Positions 63,481 through 64,000 of a stretch of DNA of 64,000 bases are shown in pieces. The stretch lies in assembly GCF_964194025.1 (NCBI RefSeq), contig NC_134473.1:63674001-63738000 (forward strand), in the 5' to 3' direction. Source of the stretch: Convolutriloba macropyga. Taxonomy: Eukaryota. The notes under the pieces are model-generated. The model had not been told where the DNA came from. It saw nothing but the letters and a program-made list of their open reading frames with translations, and did not search any database. Each line of letters begins with the position of its first letter. Position 1 is the stretch's first letter. Both the position numbers and the translations under genes were made by a program.

Positions 63481-64000
63481 AAGAGTTGAAAACATTACAA
63501 GAAAATTGTAGGCGTGACTTCTGATAACGTCGGTTTATTGATAGCTTTCTTCAGTTGATTGCATAATTTGGAAGGATTTACATTACTTCGATTACAAGTA
63601 TTGATCAGAAAGTTCCTACGGAGATCAGGGCAGTTTAAGGATTTTGACTGGGAAAGAAGCATTTGCTGCGTAGGATGAGTAATTGTCAGCGCAAAAAAGC
63701 TTTTAATTTTAGCAGTAGAAAGTGTTAAAAACATCAGATAAGAAAATTGTAGGCGGGACACTTCTGATACGTCGATCTATTGATAGTTTTGTTAAAGTTC
63801 TTGCAAAAAAAAAACAAATTGAAACTAATTGCCACAATACTGAGGTCTCACAATCTGATTCTTTATTTTGAAACTGTTTAGAAAACTGGTGTCGCCTAAT
63901 GAGAGAAAAAATTGGAAACAGTCATTTTGAATTGTAGTTAATGAGCTGCTCTAGAGCCAATCTAATGCGCTTCTATTATTTTTCTCGGACCTGATACAGA

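Overview
AT-rich, repeat-dense eukaryotic (metazoan, probably invertebrate) genomic DNA; the species cannot be established from the sequence. Three recognisable housekeeping genes lie co-oriented on the minus strand: the last two exons of ORC5 (60719-60179, 56268-55920), an intronless METTL14 (51084-49411) and a two-coding-exon RPL35 (48844-48734, 39811-39545) with an 8.9-kb intron. The METTL14 lacks the usual C-terminal RGG tail and instead has an N-terminal RGG/RS extension. Three phase-compatible minus-strand exons (15610-15418, 8139-7993, 7511-7420), two of them absent from the ORF track, splice into a Cys-rich protein with seven N-glycosylation sequons. The rest is mobile or repetitive DNA: the intact 3' half of a Ty3/Gypsy element with its 3' LTR (1-3836), a decayed Bel/Pao element with both LTRs and a tRNA-His-type PBS (21553-27127), several LINE fragments (one internally scrambled), two families of non-autonomous Helentron/DINE-1-like elements (some with tRNA-like Pol III cassettes), a foldback element with an 8-bp TSD, and three abutting satellites (28228-31756), two with higher-order structure. 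All assignments come from reading motifs by eye; no searches were run and repeat boundaries are approximate.
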